Shown here in pieces: positions 36,499 through 45,121 of a stretch of 64,000 bases of DNA. The stretch comes from a virus. Where the stretch lies: the IMG/VR virus record IMGVR_UViG_3300028840_003906, one strand, 5' to 3'. The notes under the pieces were generated by a model. The model saw only the letters and a list, made by a program, of their open reading frames with translations. It searched no databases and was not told the DNA's origin. Made by a program: the position numbers and the translations under genes. Position 1 is the stretch's first letter. The number at the start of each line of letters is the position of its first letter.

Positions 36499-37033
36499 TG
36501 TGAACGCTGAAAAGGAAGAGTTGTTCTTCGAGGCGGAGACGAGGAAGCATCAGCAGGAGGTCTCAAAGAACATGGTCTCTTTTGCGATGGAGATCCTCCG
36601 GAGGGCCACGGTGCATGATGCTTCGAAGTTGGTGTCGCCGGAGCGCGAGATCTTCATCCGGATGACTCCGAGGTTGCGCGAGCTGACCTATGGCTCGGAC
36701 GAGTACAAGGCTGCGCTGGAGGAGCTGGGGGAGGCGCTGACGCACCACTACAGCAAGAACTCTCATCACCCTGAGCACTTTGGCACCGATCCGAGTAGCA
36801 GCGTCGATGGGATGAGCCTGTTCGATGTGGTGGAGATGCTCTGCGACTGGATGGCGGCTACAAAGCGGCACGCTGACGGGAGCATTCAAGAGAGCCTGGA
36901 GATTAACCAGGATCGGTTCAAGATCCCCTCTCAACTCGTGGGCATCATGCGCAACACTGTGCCGGAGATCGGGATGGACGAGGGGTACGAAGACCCAATT
37001 CAAAAGGCGAACTCAAGTTCGCAGGAGGGATGA
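36491..37033 (+). CDS. DUF5662 family HD-like protein
   Basis: RKHQ, HDASKL, YGSDEY, HHYSKNSHHPEH and EMLCDWMAA motifs. Confidence 0.85.
   Translation: MVDVNAEKEELFFEAETRKHQQEVSKNMVSFAMEILRRATVHDASKLVSPEREIFIRMTPRLRELTYGSDEYKAALEELGEALTHHYSKNSHHPEHFGTDPSSSVDGMSLFDVVEMLCDWMAATKRHADGSIQESLEINQDRFKIPSQLVGIMRNTVPEIGMDEGYEDPIQKANSSSQEG
37007..37022. repeat. 16-bp near-palindrome, copy 12
   Basis: gCGAACTCAAGTTCGc; abuts an AGGAGG RBS. Confidence 0.95.
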
Positions 37034-37950
37034 AAATGCCTTTTGACTACAAGGATGGTGTGTTCAATATTCCGGAGAACGAGTTCAACGAGTTCGAGGA
37101 GAGGGATATCTATGTGCCATGGAGTGTGGACCTTCGTGTTGGAGGTGTGGTGAACCTTTCTGCTGTTGGGTACGATGGGTACTATGCCGTAAACAAAATT
37201 GAGGAATTGGGTGAGGACAGATCGCACTGCAAAGTCACTGTTCAAAAGGTCGCCAATGTGAAGGATGTGGATGAGGCGAGGAAGGGATTTGACGGGATCC
37301 CTGTGTCTTTCAGTGATGAGATGATCGAGCGATTTAGTACTCCTGCAATGGAAATGGCGGAGCAGCTCGTGCCTCCACCGGAGAAGGATCTGAGGATCCA
37401 CAGAGACGGGACAGTGATGGAGGGGATGCGGTCGGCCAAGACGCATGAGGCGGCCAAACGTGCAGTGACGAAGTTTCTGCGCGAGCAATCCTGCCTTGGA
37501 ATGTTCATGGACCCGCCCAAGCCTGTGTATGCTCCGTATATTCCGCTGCAGATATCGGAGAGTCCTTTTGCGTCTCCGGATGGCTGGAATGGAGATCTGC
37601 TCTTGTCCAGTCGTCAGCAGCGCGAAGAGGGGCCGAGGATCAAGAAGGAGAAGCTTCACGAGTACTTCAACCAGATTGTGATCGAGTTCGACGGAGAGAG
37701 GATCGAGTCTCCTGCTCCGCCAGGCGGATTCGAGTGCTATGCGGCTCAGTCATTTGGGCCTTACCCTATTCGTGTCTTGGACTATTGTGCAGACAGCGCC
37801 ATATCAGAATCGATCGTCGATCTGAGGAGGTTTGTCGGGATAGATGACTCTGGCGCTTGCTGGGCACACGACTGGCTTTGTGATGCGAGGGTGAAGAATG
37901 GTTTGTACCTTGTCCAGAAAAGGCAATTTGAGCGCGTCACGGAGAGGTGA
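37030..37950 (+). CDS. hypothetical protein
   Basis: AGGAGG RBS; 306 aa. Confidence 0.72.
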   Translation: MKMPFDYKDGVFNIPENEFNEFEERDIYVPWSVDLRVGGVVNLSAVGYDGYYAVNKIEELGEDRSHCKVTVQKVANVKDVDEARKGFDGIPVSFSDEMIERFSTPAMEMAEQLVPPPEKDLRIHRDGTVMEGMRSAKTHEAAKRAVTKFLREQSCLGMFMDPPKPVYAPYIPLQISESPFASPDGWNGDLLLSSRQQREEGPRIKKEKLHEYFNQIVIEFDGERIESPAPPGGFECYAAQSFGPYPIRVLDYCADSAISESIVDLRRFVGIDDSGACWAHDWLCDARVKNGLYLVQKRQFERVTER

Positions 37951-38387
37951 GGATGGCCAAGAAGAAGATCACGGCCCAGGATGCCGTCGATGTCCTAAAC
38001 CGCGCCCTGGAGGCCGACAGGGGCGCTGTGATGGCGCTTCGTGACGCCAAGGTCCCATGCAATGATGCCCTGGCGCTCGATCCAACGATTCAGGTCTCGT
38101 CGACAAACGATCCTGCGATTGTCCACGATGCGTACCAGGGCGGTGAGCTGATCACGGTTGGGGGCGGCAAGCGATACCAGGTCGGGTTCCTGGGGATGCT
38201 GAATGGCATCTTTGGGATCTTGCCGTCTGGGCAAGGTAGGATTGCGGCGGTGTACGAACTCGTGTGTGCGAATTGCACCCTGGATGAGAAGGACGTGAAG
38301 GGGCTTGTTGCCGGGAGCAAGTGTCCGTCCTGCGGGATGCCGCTGAGGATTGGGAGATTGATGAAATTCGTAGAGGTCAAGAGGTAG
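37947..38387 (+). CDS. hypothetical protein with a C-terminal zinc ribbon
   Basis: GGAGAGG RBS; CANC...CPSCG. Confidence 0.7.
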   Translation: MRMAKKKITAQDAVDVLNRALEADRGAVMALRDAKVPCNDALALDPTIQVSSTNDPAIVHDAYQGGELITVGGGKRYQVGFLGMLNGIFGILPSGQGRIAAVYELVCANCTLDEKDVKGLVAGSKCPSCGMPLRIGRLMKFVEVKR

Positions 38388-38388
38388 G

Positions 38389-38404
38389 ACGAACTTGAGT
38401 TCGC
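38389..38404. repeat. 16-bp near-palindrome, copy 13
   Basis: aCGAACTTGAGTTCGc; between stop codon and RBS. Confidence 0.95.
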
Positions 38405-38418
38405 TCCAGGAGGGGAAG

Positions 38419-38712
38419 ATGGCTGAGAAGAAGGTCGCCGCGACACAGCAGATGGAGATCAGCCTCAAGGACATGCAGTCGATGACGATCGATGTTCAGC
38501 ACGTCGGGACCGGGGTGATTCTTGGGGTGATTGATCCGAGCGGGGGTGCCATTGCTGAGGGCGCTGTGATCCCGACGCTGATGTACGCGTTGGCCTTCGC
38601 TGCGAAGGAGCGGGGCTTTCACATGTCTCGATTCGGGGATGCGATGAAGGAGTTCCTGGAGAAGGTTGACGATAGCCTGGACCGAGAGAAGGCTAACAGA
38701 GTGTTGAACTGA
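38419..38712 (+). CDS. hypothetical protein
   Basis: AGGAGG RBS directly after a palindrome copy. Confidence 0.7.
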   Translation: MAEKKVAATQQMEISLKDMQSMTIDVQHVGTGVILGVIDPSGGAIAEGAVIPTLMYALAFAAKERGFHMSRFGDAMKEFLEKVDDSLDREKANRVLN

Positions 38713-39077
38713 TGATCGACGGGCTTCTCGACATTCTCAAGGACATCCGCATCCCCCCCGCGCCGAGTGAGAACTTCGTGGTGGAGGAGATCTCCAAGAG
38801 GCTCACAGGTGCGGGCATCTCATTCGAGCGTGAGGTTTGGGTCGCGAAGCGTTCCAGGGTGGATTTCATGCTCGAAGATGGGGTGGTGATCGAGGTCAAG
38901 CGCGGGAAGCCAAACTCGAAGACGGTGGCTGCGCAGCTGAAGAAGTACGCGGCGAGCGTGAATGTTTCGGAGATTATCCTAGTGTCGGAGCGTGGACTTG
39001 TCTGGCATATCGAGGAGTCGAATGGTAAGCGTGTCCACTACGTTTCTCTCGCGCGAAATTGGGGGCTGACTATATGA
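38712..39077 (+). CDS. small PD-(D/E)XK nuclease
   Basis: FEREV...RVDFM....VIEVK...QLKKY motif. Confidence 0.75.
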   Translation: MIDGLLDILKDIRIPPAPSENFVVEEISKRLTGAGISFEREVWVAKRSRVDFMLEDGVVIEVKRGKPNSKTVAAQLKKYAASVNVSEIILVSERGLVWHIEESNGKRVHYVSLARNWGLTI

Positions 39078-41983
39078 TGATTCCTGACTACCTCAAAGAG
39101 CCGACGCTGGGTGGCCACATCTTCGGAAAGCTTGAGTATGACGACGAGGATGATGTCTTCGTGCTGACCGGAGAGCCTCTTGTGCTGCAGTACGCTAAGA
39201 GGATCTTTCCGGGCGCGCGTGTGACGCGAGGTGGCGGTGGGAAGATGATGTTCCATCGGACGCGGCGCGAGGTGGCAGACCTGAACTGGCTTCTGATGCG
39301 GTTCCCGCTGAACATCGACCAGTGCAAGCCGATCCTGGATCGCGCACGGGATGATGCGGTGTTCCAGATCAAAAGCCGGATGTCTGGGATGGACAAGGCG
39401 AGGACGAAGCCCCCGGAGAGCTTCCTTGGGAAGTTGTACCCGTACCAGGAGGTTGGGACCACGTTCCTGAAGACCAACCAGCGGTGTGTGCTCGGTGATG
39501 GGATGGGGCTTGGAAAGACGTGGACTGCCCTGGCGGCTGCGGCTGCTGCGGGGGACTATCCGGTGTTGGTGGTTTGCCAGACGCATGTGCAGAATCAGTG
39601 GCAGCGCATGATCGGAACGCTGTTCGATCTGGCCGGTGCGACAGTCACCGAGGGGATGAACCCATTCAGGGTGGCGAAGGAGCGCGGGAAGAAGATGGCA
39701 CCGATTCTGAAGTCGCAGACGCCGTACAAGATCCCGGACACACCGTTCGCGATCATCCACTATGGGTTGATTGCGTATTGGGAGCGGGCGCTGAGGAAGC
39801 GTGGGTTCAAGACGGTGATCTTCGATGAGGTTCAGGAGCTTCGCCACACGGGCACTGCGAAGTACTCTGCTGCATCGAACCTATCGACGGTTGCCGAGGA
39901 CGTGTGGGGGCTCTCGGGGACCCCGGTGTACGGGTATGGTGCGGAGATTTGGTCAGTGATGAACGCGATCGACTTCCACTGTCTGGGGTCGCACGAGGCT
40001 TTCACGCGCGAGTGGTGCACTGGGTACGGGGAGAAGATTGTCTCGGATCCACAGGCCCTGAATGGCCATCTGTCGCGCGAGGGGTTGCTTCTTCGAAGGC
40101 GTGCCGACGATCCGGATGTTGCGATTGATCTGCCGCAGGTGGTGCGGAAGGTCGAGGACCTGAACCACGACGAGATCCTGTACGACAAGCTCATTGGATC
40201 GGCGCGGGAATGCGCGAAACGGTATGATGGAGCGGGTTTTACGACCAAGGGACGCTTGGCTCGGATGATGGACACGCAGGGGCGGAAGGCGACTGGCGTT
40301 TCGAAGGCGGCCTACGTTGCGGAGTTCGTGGAGAGCCTGATTGAGGCCGGGGAGAGGCCGCTTGTGTACGCGTGGCATCACCAGGTGCATGACATCTACA
40401 AGGAGCGGCTGGGGAAGTACAATCCAGCCGTCTTCACAGGAAAAGAGACGCCGAAGCAGAAGGAGTACTTCCTGGAGAAATACTCTGAGGGCGAGATGCC
40501 GATGGCCCTCCTGAGCCTTCGGTCTGCTGCTGGTTTGGATGGGCTCCAGCATCACGCATCGATGTGCGTGTTCGGGGAGTTGGACTGGTCACCTGCTATA
40601 CATTGCTTTGATGAAAAGACGGAGGTTTTGACACGGGATGGGTTCAAGGGGGTGGACGATGTTTCGGTTGGAGATGTCGTTGCTGGATTTGATGTAGGGA
40701 GCGGAGAGATAAGATGGGTTCCGGCTCTTGGGAAAGTGGACCGGATGCTTGATGATGATGAGAAGTTGTACAGGACGAAGACCGTCACTCTTGATCTTTG
40801 TGTTACCGGAGATCACAGGATGGTTTATCGTAGCAACCGGAGGACGAATAAGGGGACCGTTAGGTCTGAATGGAGAGTTGATACGGCTGAGAACTTGTCA
40901 GGTGTGAAGAGGAGATACGTTCCTGTCTGTGGAGTGCAAGATGCCACAGGGGTGAGCTTGTCAGATGACGAGTTGAGACTGATCGGTCTCTTTGTGAGCG
41001 ATGGGAGCTTTAACGGTAGGCAGGTTACTATTTACCAGTCAGAGGATCAGCCCTGGAACAAGGACATCGTCGAGATCTTGAACGGTGCAGGGGTTCAGTG
41101 GTGGGTCAACCGCGTTCGTGGAATGCTTTGGTATGGGATCCCGACCGGGGCAAGAAAGAGCAGATTGGACCACGATAAGCCACTGAAGGGGTGGCGTGAC
41201 TTGGCTCCTTATCTGGACAAAGACATGAGTCCTCTCCTTGATGATTGCACGAGGGATCAGCTTGAGTGTTTCATTCATGGACTTTGGCTTGGTGACGGGG
41301 CGAAGAAAAAGTGGAACTCTTCTGTCAGGAGGATAACGAATACGAATATTGTTATGCTTGAGAGGCTTCAGTCGCTTTGTGTCCGTAGGGGGTTCTGCGC
41401 GAATATATCGACTAGGAAATCGAGAACATCTGCTGGGAATGTTGTGTACGATATCTACATCAGTGACAGGCAGGATGCGTATCTGCAGGACAACCCAAAG
41501 AGGCTGAATTCGTTTAAGGAGGATTTGGATTGCGAGGGTGAGAGGGTATGGTGTTTGAACAATGAGCTTGGCACGCTCGTGGTGAGGAGAAATGGGAAGG
41601 TTTGCATCACTGGGAATTCCCAGTGCGAGACGCGGATTGCACGAATTGGTGTCGACAAGACGCTGGAGGATGTGCCGAGCTACTACTGTGTTTCGAGCGT
41701 TGGTCACGACGAGATCATGATGGATGTCCTTGGCGTGAAGACAGGCCAGTTTGTCGGTATCATGGGGGATGAGCCCGAGTCGTACGAAGAGCAACGAGAG
41801 GCAGAGAAGCGTGCCACGCTTCGGATAAAAAGACTCGCCAACAAGCTGAAGAGCGAAAGCAGGGAATTGCCAAGCCCACCGAAAGAGGATAGGATAGTAG
41901 AGCAACCGTTGGCCAAGGGTCGCCCGAAGGGTGCTCGCGGCAAGTTGATCTGTGCTTTTGGTGGGAAGTTGGGTGATGGCTGA
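39074..41983 (+). CDS. SNF2-family (SF2) helicase containing an intein
   Basis: GDGMGLGKT (motif I), FDEVQE (II), LSGTP (III), LLRR and ELDWSPAIH/SQCETRIARIG (VI, split by the intein). Confidence 0.92.
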   Translation: MMIPDYLKEPTLGGHIFGKLEYDDEDDVFVLTGEPLVLQYAKRIFPGARVTRGGGGKMMFHRTRREVADLNWLLMRFPLNIDQCKPILDRARDDAVFQIKSRMSGMDKARTKPPESFLGKLYPYQEVGTTFLKTNQRCVLGDGMGLGKTWTALAAAAAAGDYPVLVVCQTHVQNQWQRMIGTLFDLAGATVTEGMNPFRVAKERGKKMAPILKSQTPYKIPDTPFAIIHYGLIAYWERALRKRGFKTVIFDEVQELRHTGTAKYSAASNLSTVAEDVWGLSGTPVYGYGAEIWSVMNAIDFHCLGSHEAFTREWCTGYGEKIVSDPQALNGHLSREGLLLRRRADDPDVAIDLPQVVRKVEDLNHDEILYDKLIGSARECAKRYDGAGFTTKGRLARMMDTQGRKATGVSKAAYVAEFVESLIEAGERPLVYAWHHQVHDIYKERLGKYNPAVFTGKETPKQKEYFLEKYSEGEMPMALLSLRSAAGLDGLQHHASMCVFGELDWSPAIHCFDEKTEVLTRDGFKGVDDVSVGDVVAGFDVGSGEIRWVPALGKVDRMLDDDEKLYRTKTVTLDLCVTGDHRMVYRSNRRTNKGTVRSEWRVDTAENLSGVKRRYVPVCGVQDATGVSLSDDELRLIGLFVSDGSFNGRQVTIYQSEDQPWNKDIVEILNGAGVQWWVNRVRGMLWYGIPTGARKSRLDHDKPLKGWRDLAPYLDKDMSPLLDDCTRDQLECFIHGLWLGDGAKKKWNSSVRRITNTNIVMLERLQSLCVRRGFCANISTRKSRTSAGNVVYDIYISDRQDAYLQDNPKRLNSFKEDLDCEGERVWCLNNELGTLVVRRNGKVCITGNSQCETRIARIGVDKTLEDVPSYYCVSSVGHDEIMMDVLGVKTGQFVGIMGDEPESYEEQREAEKRATLRIKRLANKLKSESRELPSPPKEDRIVEQPLAKGRPKGARGKLICAFGGKLGDG
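40604..41617 (+). mobile_element. intein with LAGLIDADG homing endonuclease (338 aa)
   Basis: Starts CFDEKTEVLT, has block B TGDHRM, LAGLIDADG blocks LIGLFVSDGS and FIHGLWLGDG, ends VCITGN followed by Ser+1. Removing it restores helicase motif VI. Confidence 0.93.
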
Positions 41984-43067
41984 TCTGGCGTCAAAGAAGA
42001 AATCTCAGATAAAATTCAAGCGTGTCAAGGCACTCCGGTGCTACGATCAGGTCGTTGATCTCCTATACGCGGGATACCCCCTCTCTACGGTGGCGAATTT
42101 CATCCAAAAGAGGATGAAAGAGAGCACTGACATCACGCACCAGTCGATGATTGTGCTGCTGAGTCGCTTCCGGAGCGAGATGAACACGGGGGAGATGATC
42201 AAGGGGACGCTTCCTCGGGTGTTCTCGAAGGCGGAGCAGAAGTTTTCCAACAAGATGCAGGAGTTGGAGCGTCTGGAGGATCAGTATCAGATGATGCAGT
42301 TCCGGCTGGATGTCGCGCACGGGGAGGAGCGTCTGAGCGGGGAGATCAACCCCAATGTGGACAAGGTTGCGAAGTCCATCCTCGGAATCATCGACAAGAT
42401 GCACGCCATCAAGATGGATCTGGGGCTGATCGGCTCCCGGGACCTTGGGACGATTACGGTTTCGGCGGAGAATGTTGAGCGCATCAAGGAGAAGTATGGG
42501 TCTGGGGCCGCGCGGGCCTTCGAGGATCCGGTTTCTCGTGGACGCGTCCTGGCTGCTCTCAACGCGATGCGGAAGGCTGGGCGGCTGCGTGACAAGGATG
42601 GGAACCCGCTGGACATTGAGAACAAGATGAATCTCTCGGACGAGGAGAGGGGGAACATCATCGACGCTGAGTTCGAAGAGACTGTCGGTTCTGGCGCCGA
42701 AGATGAAGATCTGTACGACGGGTCGGATGACGGGGAAGACGGGGAACCTGGGGGCGATTTCATGCCACAAGGGGAAGATTTCTCTGAGCCGATGGAGGAC
42801 ATGACTGATGAGACGGTCGTGGCCCTCGATCCTGCGATGGATGATGAAGAGGAGCCAGAGGAGGAGCCAGAGGAGCCCCCCAAGAAAACGAAGCCGAAGC
42901 CGAAGTCGGAACCGAAGGTTCGACACCCGGATTCGGACAAGACGGAGATGGAGCCGGTCCGTAGGCCGACGAGGCCCAACATGCCACCAGGGCCAGCGAA
43001 GCCCAGTGTTCGTGGGAACATCAAACAGAGAACGACATCTACTCAGAGACGCAAAAAGGACGAGTAG
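41976..43067 (+). CDS. candidate terminase small subunit / DNA-packaging protein
   Basis: N-terminal HTH-like region, helical middle and acidic/Pro-Lys tail; immediately upstream of TerL. Confidence 0.55.
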   Translation: MADLASKKKSQIKFKRVKALRCYDQVVDLLYAGYPLSTVANFIQKRMKESTDITHQSMIVLLSRFRSEMNTGEMIKGTLPRVFSKAEQKFSNKMQELERLEDQYQMMQFRLDVAHGEERLSGEINPNVDKVAKSILGIIDKMHAIKMDLGLIGSRDLGTITVSAENVERIKEKYGSGAARAFEDPVSRGRVLAALNAMRKAGRLRDKDGNPLDIENKMNLSDEERGNIIDAEFEETVGSGAEDEDLYDGSDDGEDGEPGGDFMPQGEDFSEPMEDMTDETVVALDPAMDDEEEPEEEPEEPPKKTKPKPKSEPKVRHPDSDKTEMEPVRRPTRPNMPPGPAKPSVRGNIKQRTTSTQRRKKDE

Positions 43068-45119
43068 ATGATCATCGTAACCAAGCAAGGACGGAAGAAG
43101 TCCGTCCTGACACCAGATGAAATAGAAGAGCGGGCAGGGGACATCGTCTCGAATTTGACTCCGCAAGAGCAGGAGCTTTTCTTCGGGCTCTTGGATGACG
43201 ATGTGGAGGAGCAGGCCAAGGTCGAGGAGACGATGATTCAGCACCGGTATCACACGAGGCCGGTGTCGATGGAGCAATTTATCGAGGATCCGTACTACCT
43301 TGGTGAGTCGTGCACGACGATTTACCCGCAGCTGAAAGAGGACCTGATCAACCTGTTTGAGCATCCCTACCGGGAGGTGGTTCTCACAGGTGGTATCGGA
43401 GTCGGAAAGACGTATAGCCTTTCGATTGCCCTGTGTCGGGTGATCTATGAGCTGTCCTGTCTGGTGAACCCGCAGAAGACGTTTGGCCTGTCCTCTGGTA
43501 CCGAGATGGTGATCCCACTGATCTCGAAGAACCTGATCCTGGCCCGGGAGGTCATGAAGACGGCTGTCGATGACAAGCTCAAAGAGAGCCCGTACTTCAT
43601 GGAGAAGTTCACGCCGAAGATCTCAAAGGATGCGACGGTGTTTCCGAATAACATCCGTGTGGTCATCGGTTCGTACGGCTCGGAGCGTATCCTGGGATCG
43701 AACGTTTTTGCATGCGGGCTGGACGAGACGAACTTCCCGCCGACCCGCCGGTCCCAGCAGATCACCACGGCGATCGGGCAGCGGAAGACGGCGGCTCACT
43801 TCGATCCAGTCGAGAAGGTCTACAGGAACCTTTTGCGTCGTATCAAATCCAGGTTCCAGAAGGCCGGTGGGGACTTCCCGGGGATGGTCATCCTGGCTTC
43901 TTCGGCAGCGACCCTGGAGAGCTTCACCGAGCGGAAGATGCGTGAGAGCGCGAATGATCCACAGGTCTTCGTGCGGGACCATACGGCTTGGACGGCGAAG
44001 CCAGAGACAGAGTTCTGCGGCGAGAAGTTCTGGGTCATCTGCTCTACATCCTCCTTGAGAGCGCGGATTCTCGAAGAGGAAGAGTACGACGACATCACGG
44101 ATGAGTACCTGGAGGAGAACGACGCTTGGCTGATCGACATCCCGATCGAATACCTCACGGACTTCGAGACGGATATCGAGAATGCTTTGAGGGATATTGC
44201 TGGTATTTCAACACAGGCAATCTCGTCGTTCATCCAGCGGCCCGAGGCTGTTGATGCGTGTGCGGTTGAAGAGCTTCCTCATGCGTTCTCGATGGGGGAA
44301 TGGACCGCTGGTGGGCCGGGATCGTTCCTGTGGCGCCAGATGTGCAAAGAGTTTGAAAGGACGATTCCTGGCGGGTACAAGGAGACGGCGTGGGCACCGA
44401 AGATCAACCCCAAGAAGATGCGGTGGTGTCATATTGATACGTCGTTGTCCGGGGACGCGACTGGATTCTGTGTTGGGCACATCGACAAGTGGGTGGAGGT
44501 CGTGCGCCGTTCCGAGAAGGGGGAGCACTTCGCCGAGCTTGCACCGTTCTACATCATCGACGTCTTATTGAGGATCAATCCGCCTCCAGGGGAGCAGATT
44601 TACATGCCGGACCTTCGGAGGTTGGTGTACGAGTTGCAGGCGCACGGGTACACATTTGCGGGGCTTTCCACGGATACCTACCAGTACGTCGAGATGCATC
44701 AGCAGATACGAAGGCGGGGAATCACACCTCACATCGTTTCGATGGATGTGAAGACCGATCCGTACGATGAGCTGAAGAGGGCCATTTACGAGGATCGGAT
44801 CCGGTACCACAAGTACGATCCGTTTATTGAGGAGCTGAAGTTCCTGGAGTACGACAGGCTGAAGGGGAAGATCGACCACCCTCAGGCGGGGTCGAAGGAC
44901 GTCTCTGATGCGGCGGCAGGTGTGGTATATTCTTTGTTGGAACATTCGACACGCTTGCCAATTGGTCTCGGGTCTGATACCTCTAAAAAGAGCATGCATG
45001 CGAATTCTTGGGTGAGTACCCTGGTTCCGGCATCTCAGGTCGACCTGGAAGAAGTGAGAGAAGCTGCTGATGATGCAAGAGACGACTCCGAGTTTGTCCC
45101 CATCCTGTTTGGAGATTAA
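43068..45119 (+). CDS. terL: terminase large subunit
   Basis: Walker A TGGIGVGKT, Walker B GLDETN, nuclease HIDTSLSGDATG and KIDHP..GSKDVSDA. Confidence 0.93.
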   Translation: MIIVTKQGRKKSVLTPDEIEERAGDIVSNLTPQEQELFFGLLDDDVEEQAKVEETMIQHRYHTRPVSMEQFIEDPYYLGESCTTIYPQLKEDLINLFEHPYREVVLTGGIGVGKTYSLSIALCRVIYELSCLVNPQKTFGLSSGTEMVIPLISKNLILAREVMKTAVDDKLKESPYFMEKFTPKISKDATVFPNNIRVVIGSYGSERILGSNVFACGLDETNFPPTRRSQQITTAIGQRKTAAHFDPVEKVYRNLLRRIKSRFQKAGGDFPGMVILASSAATLESFTERKMRESANDPQVFVRDHTAWTAKPETEFCGEKFWVICSTSSLRARILEEEEYDDITDEYLEENDAWLIDIPIEYLTDFETDIENALRDIAGISTQAISSFIQRPEAVDACAVEELPHAFSMGEWTAGGPGSFLWRQMCKEFERTIPGGYKETAWAPKINPKKMRWCHIDTSLSGDATGFCVGHIDKWVEVVRRSEKGEHFAELAPFYIIDVLLRINPPPGEQIYMPDLRRLVYELQAHGYTFAGLSTDTYQYVEMHQQIRRRGITPHIVSMDVKTDPYDELKRAIYEDRIRYHKYDPFIEELKFLEYDRLKGKIDHPQAGSKDVSDAAAGVVYSLLEHSTRLPIGLGSDTSKKSMHANSWVSTLVPASQVDLEEVREAADDARDDSEFVPILFGD

Positions 45120-45121
45120 GC

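Noticed and set aside
6057-38712. Integron-like cassette array with the palindrome acting as attC
   Set aside because: No integrase in the window and no RYYYAAC...GTTRRRY attC structure; the motif is far too short, is absent from most junctions and also occurs inside core genes.
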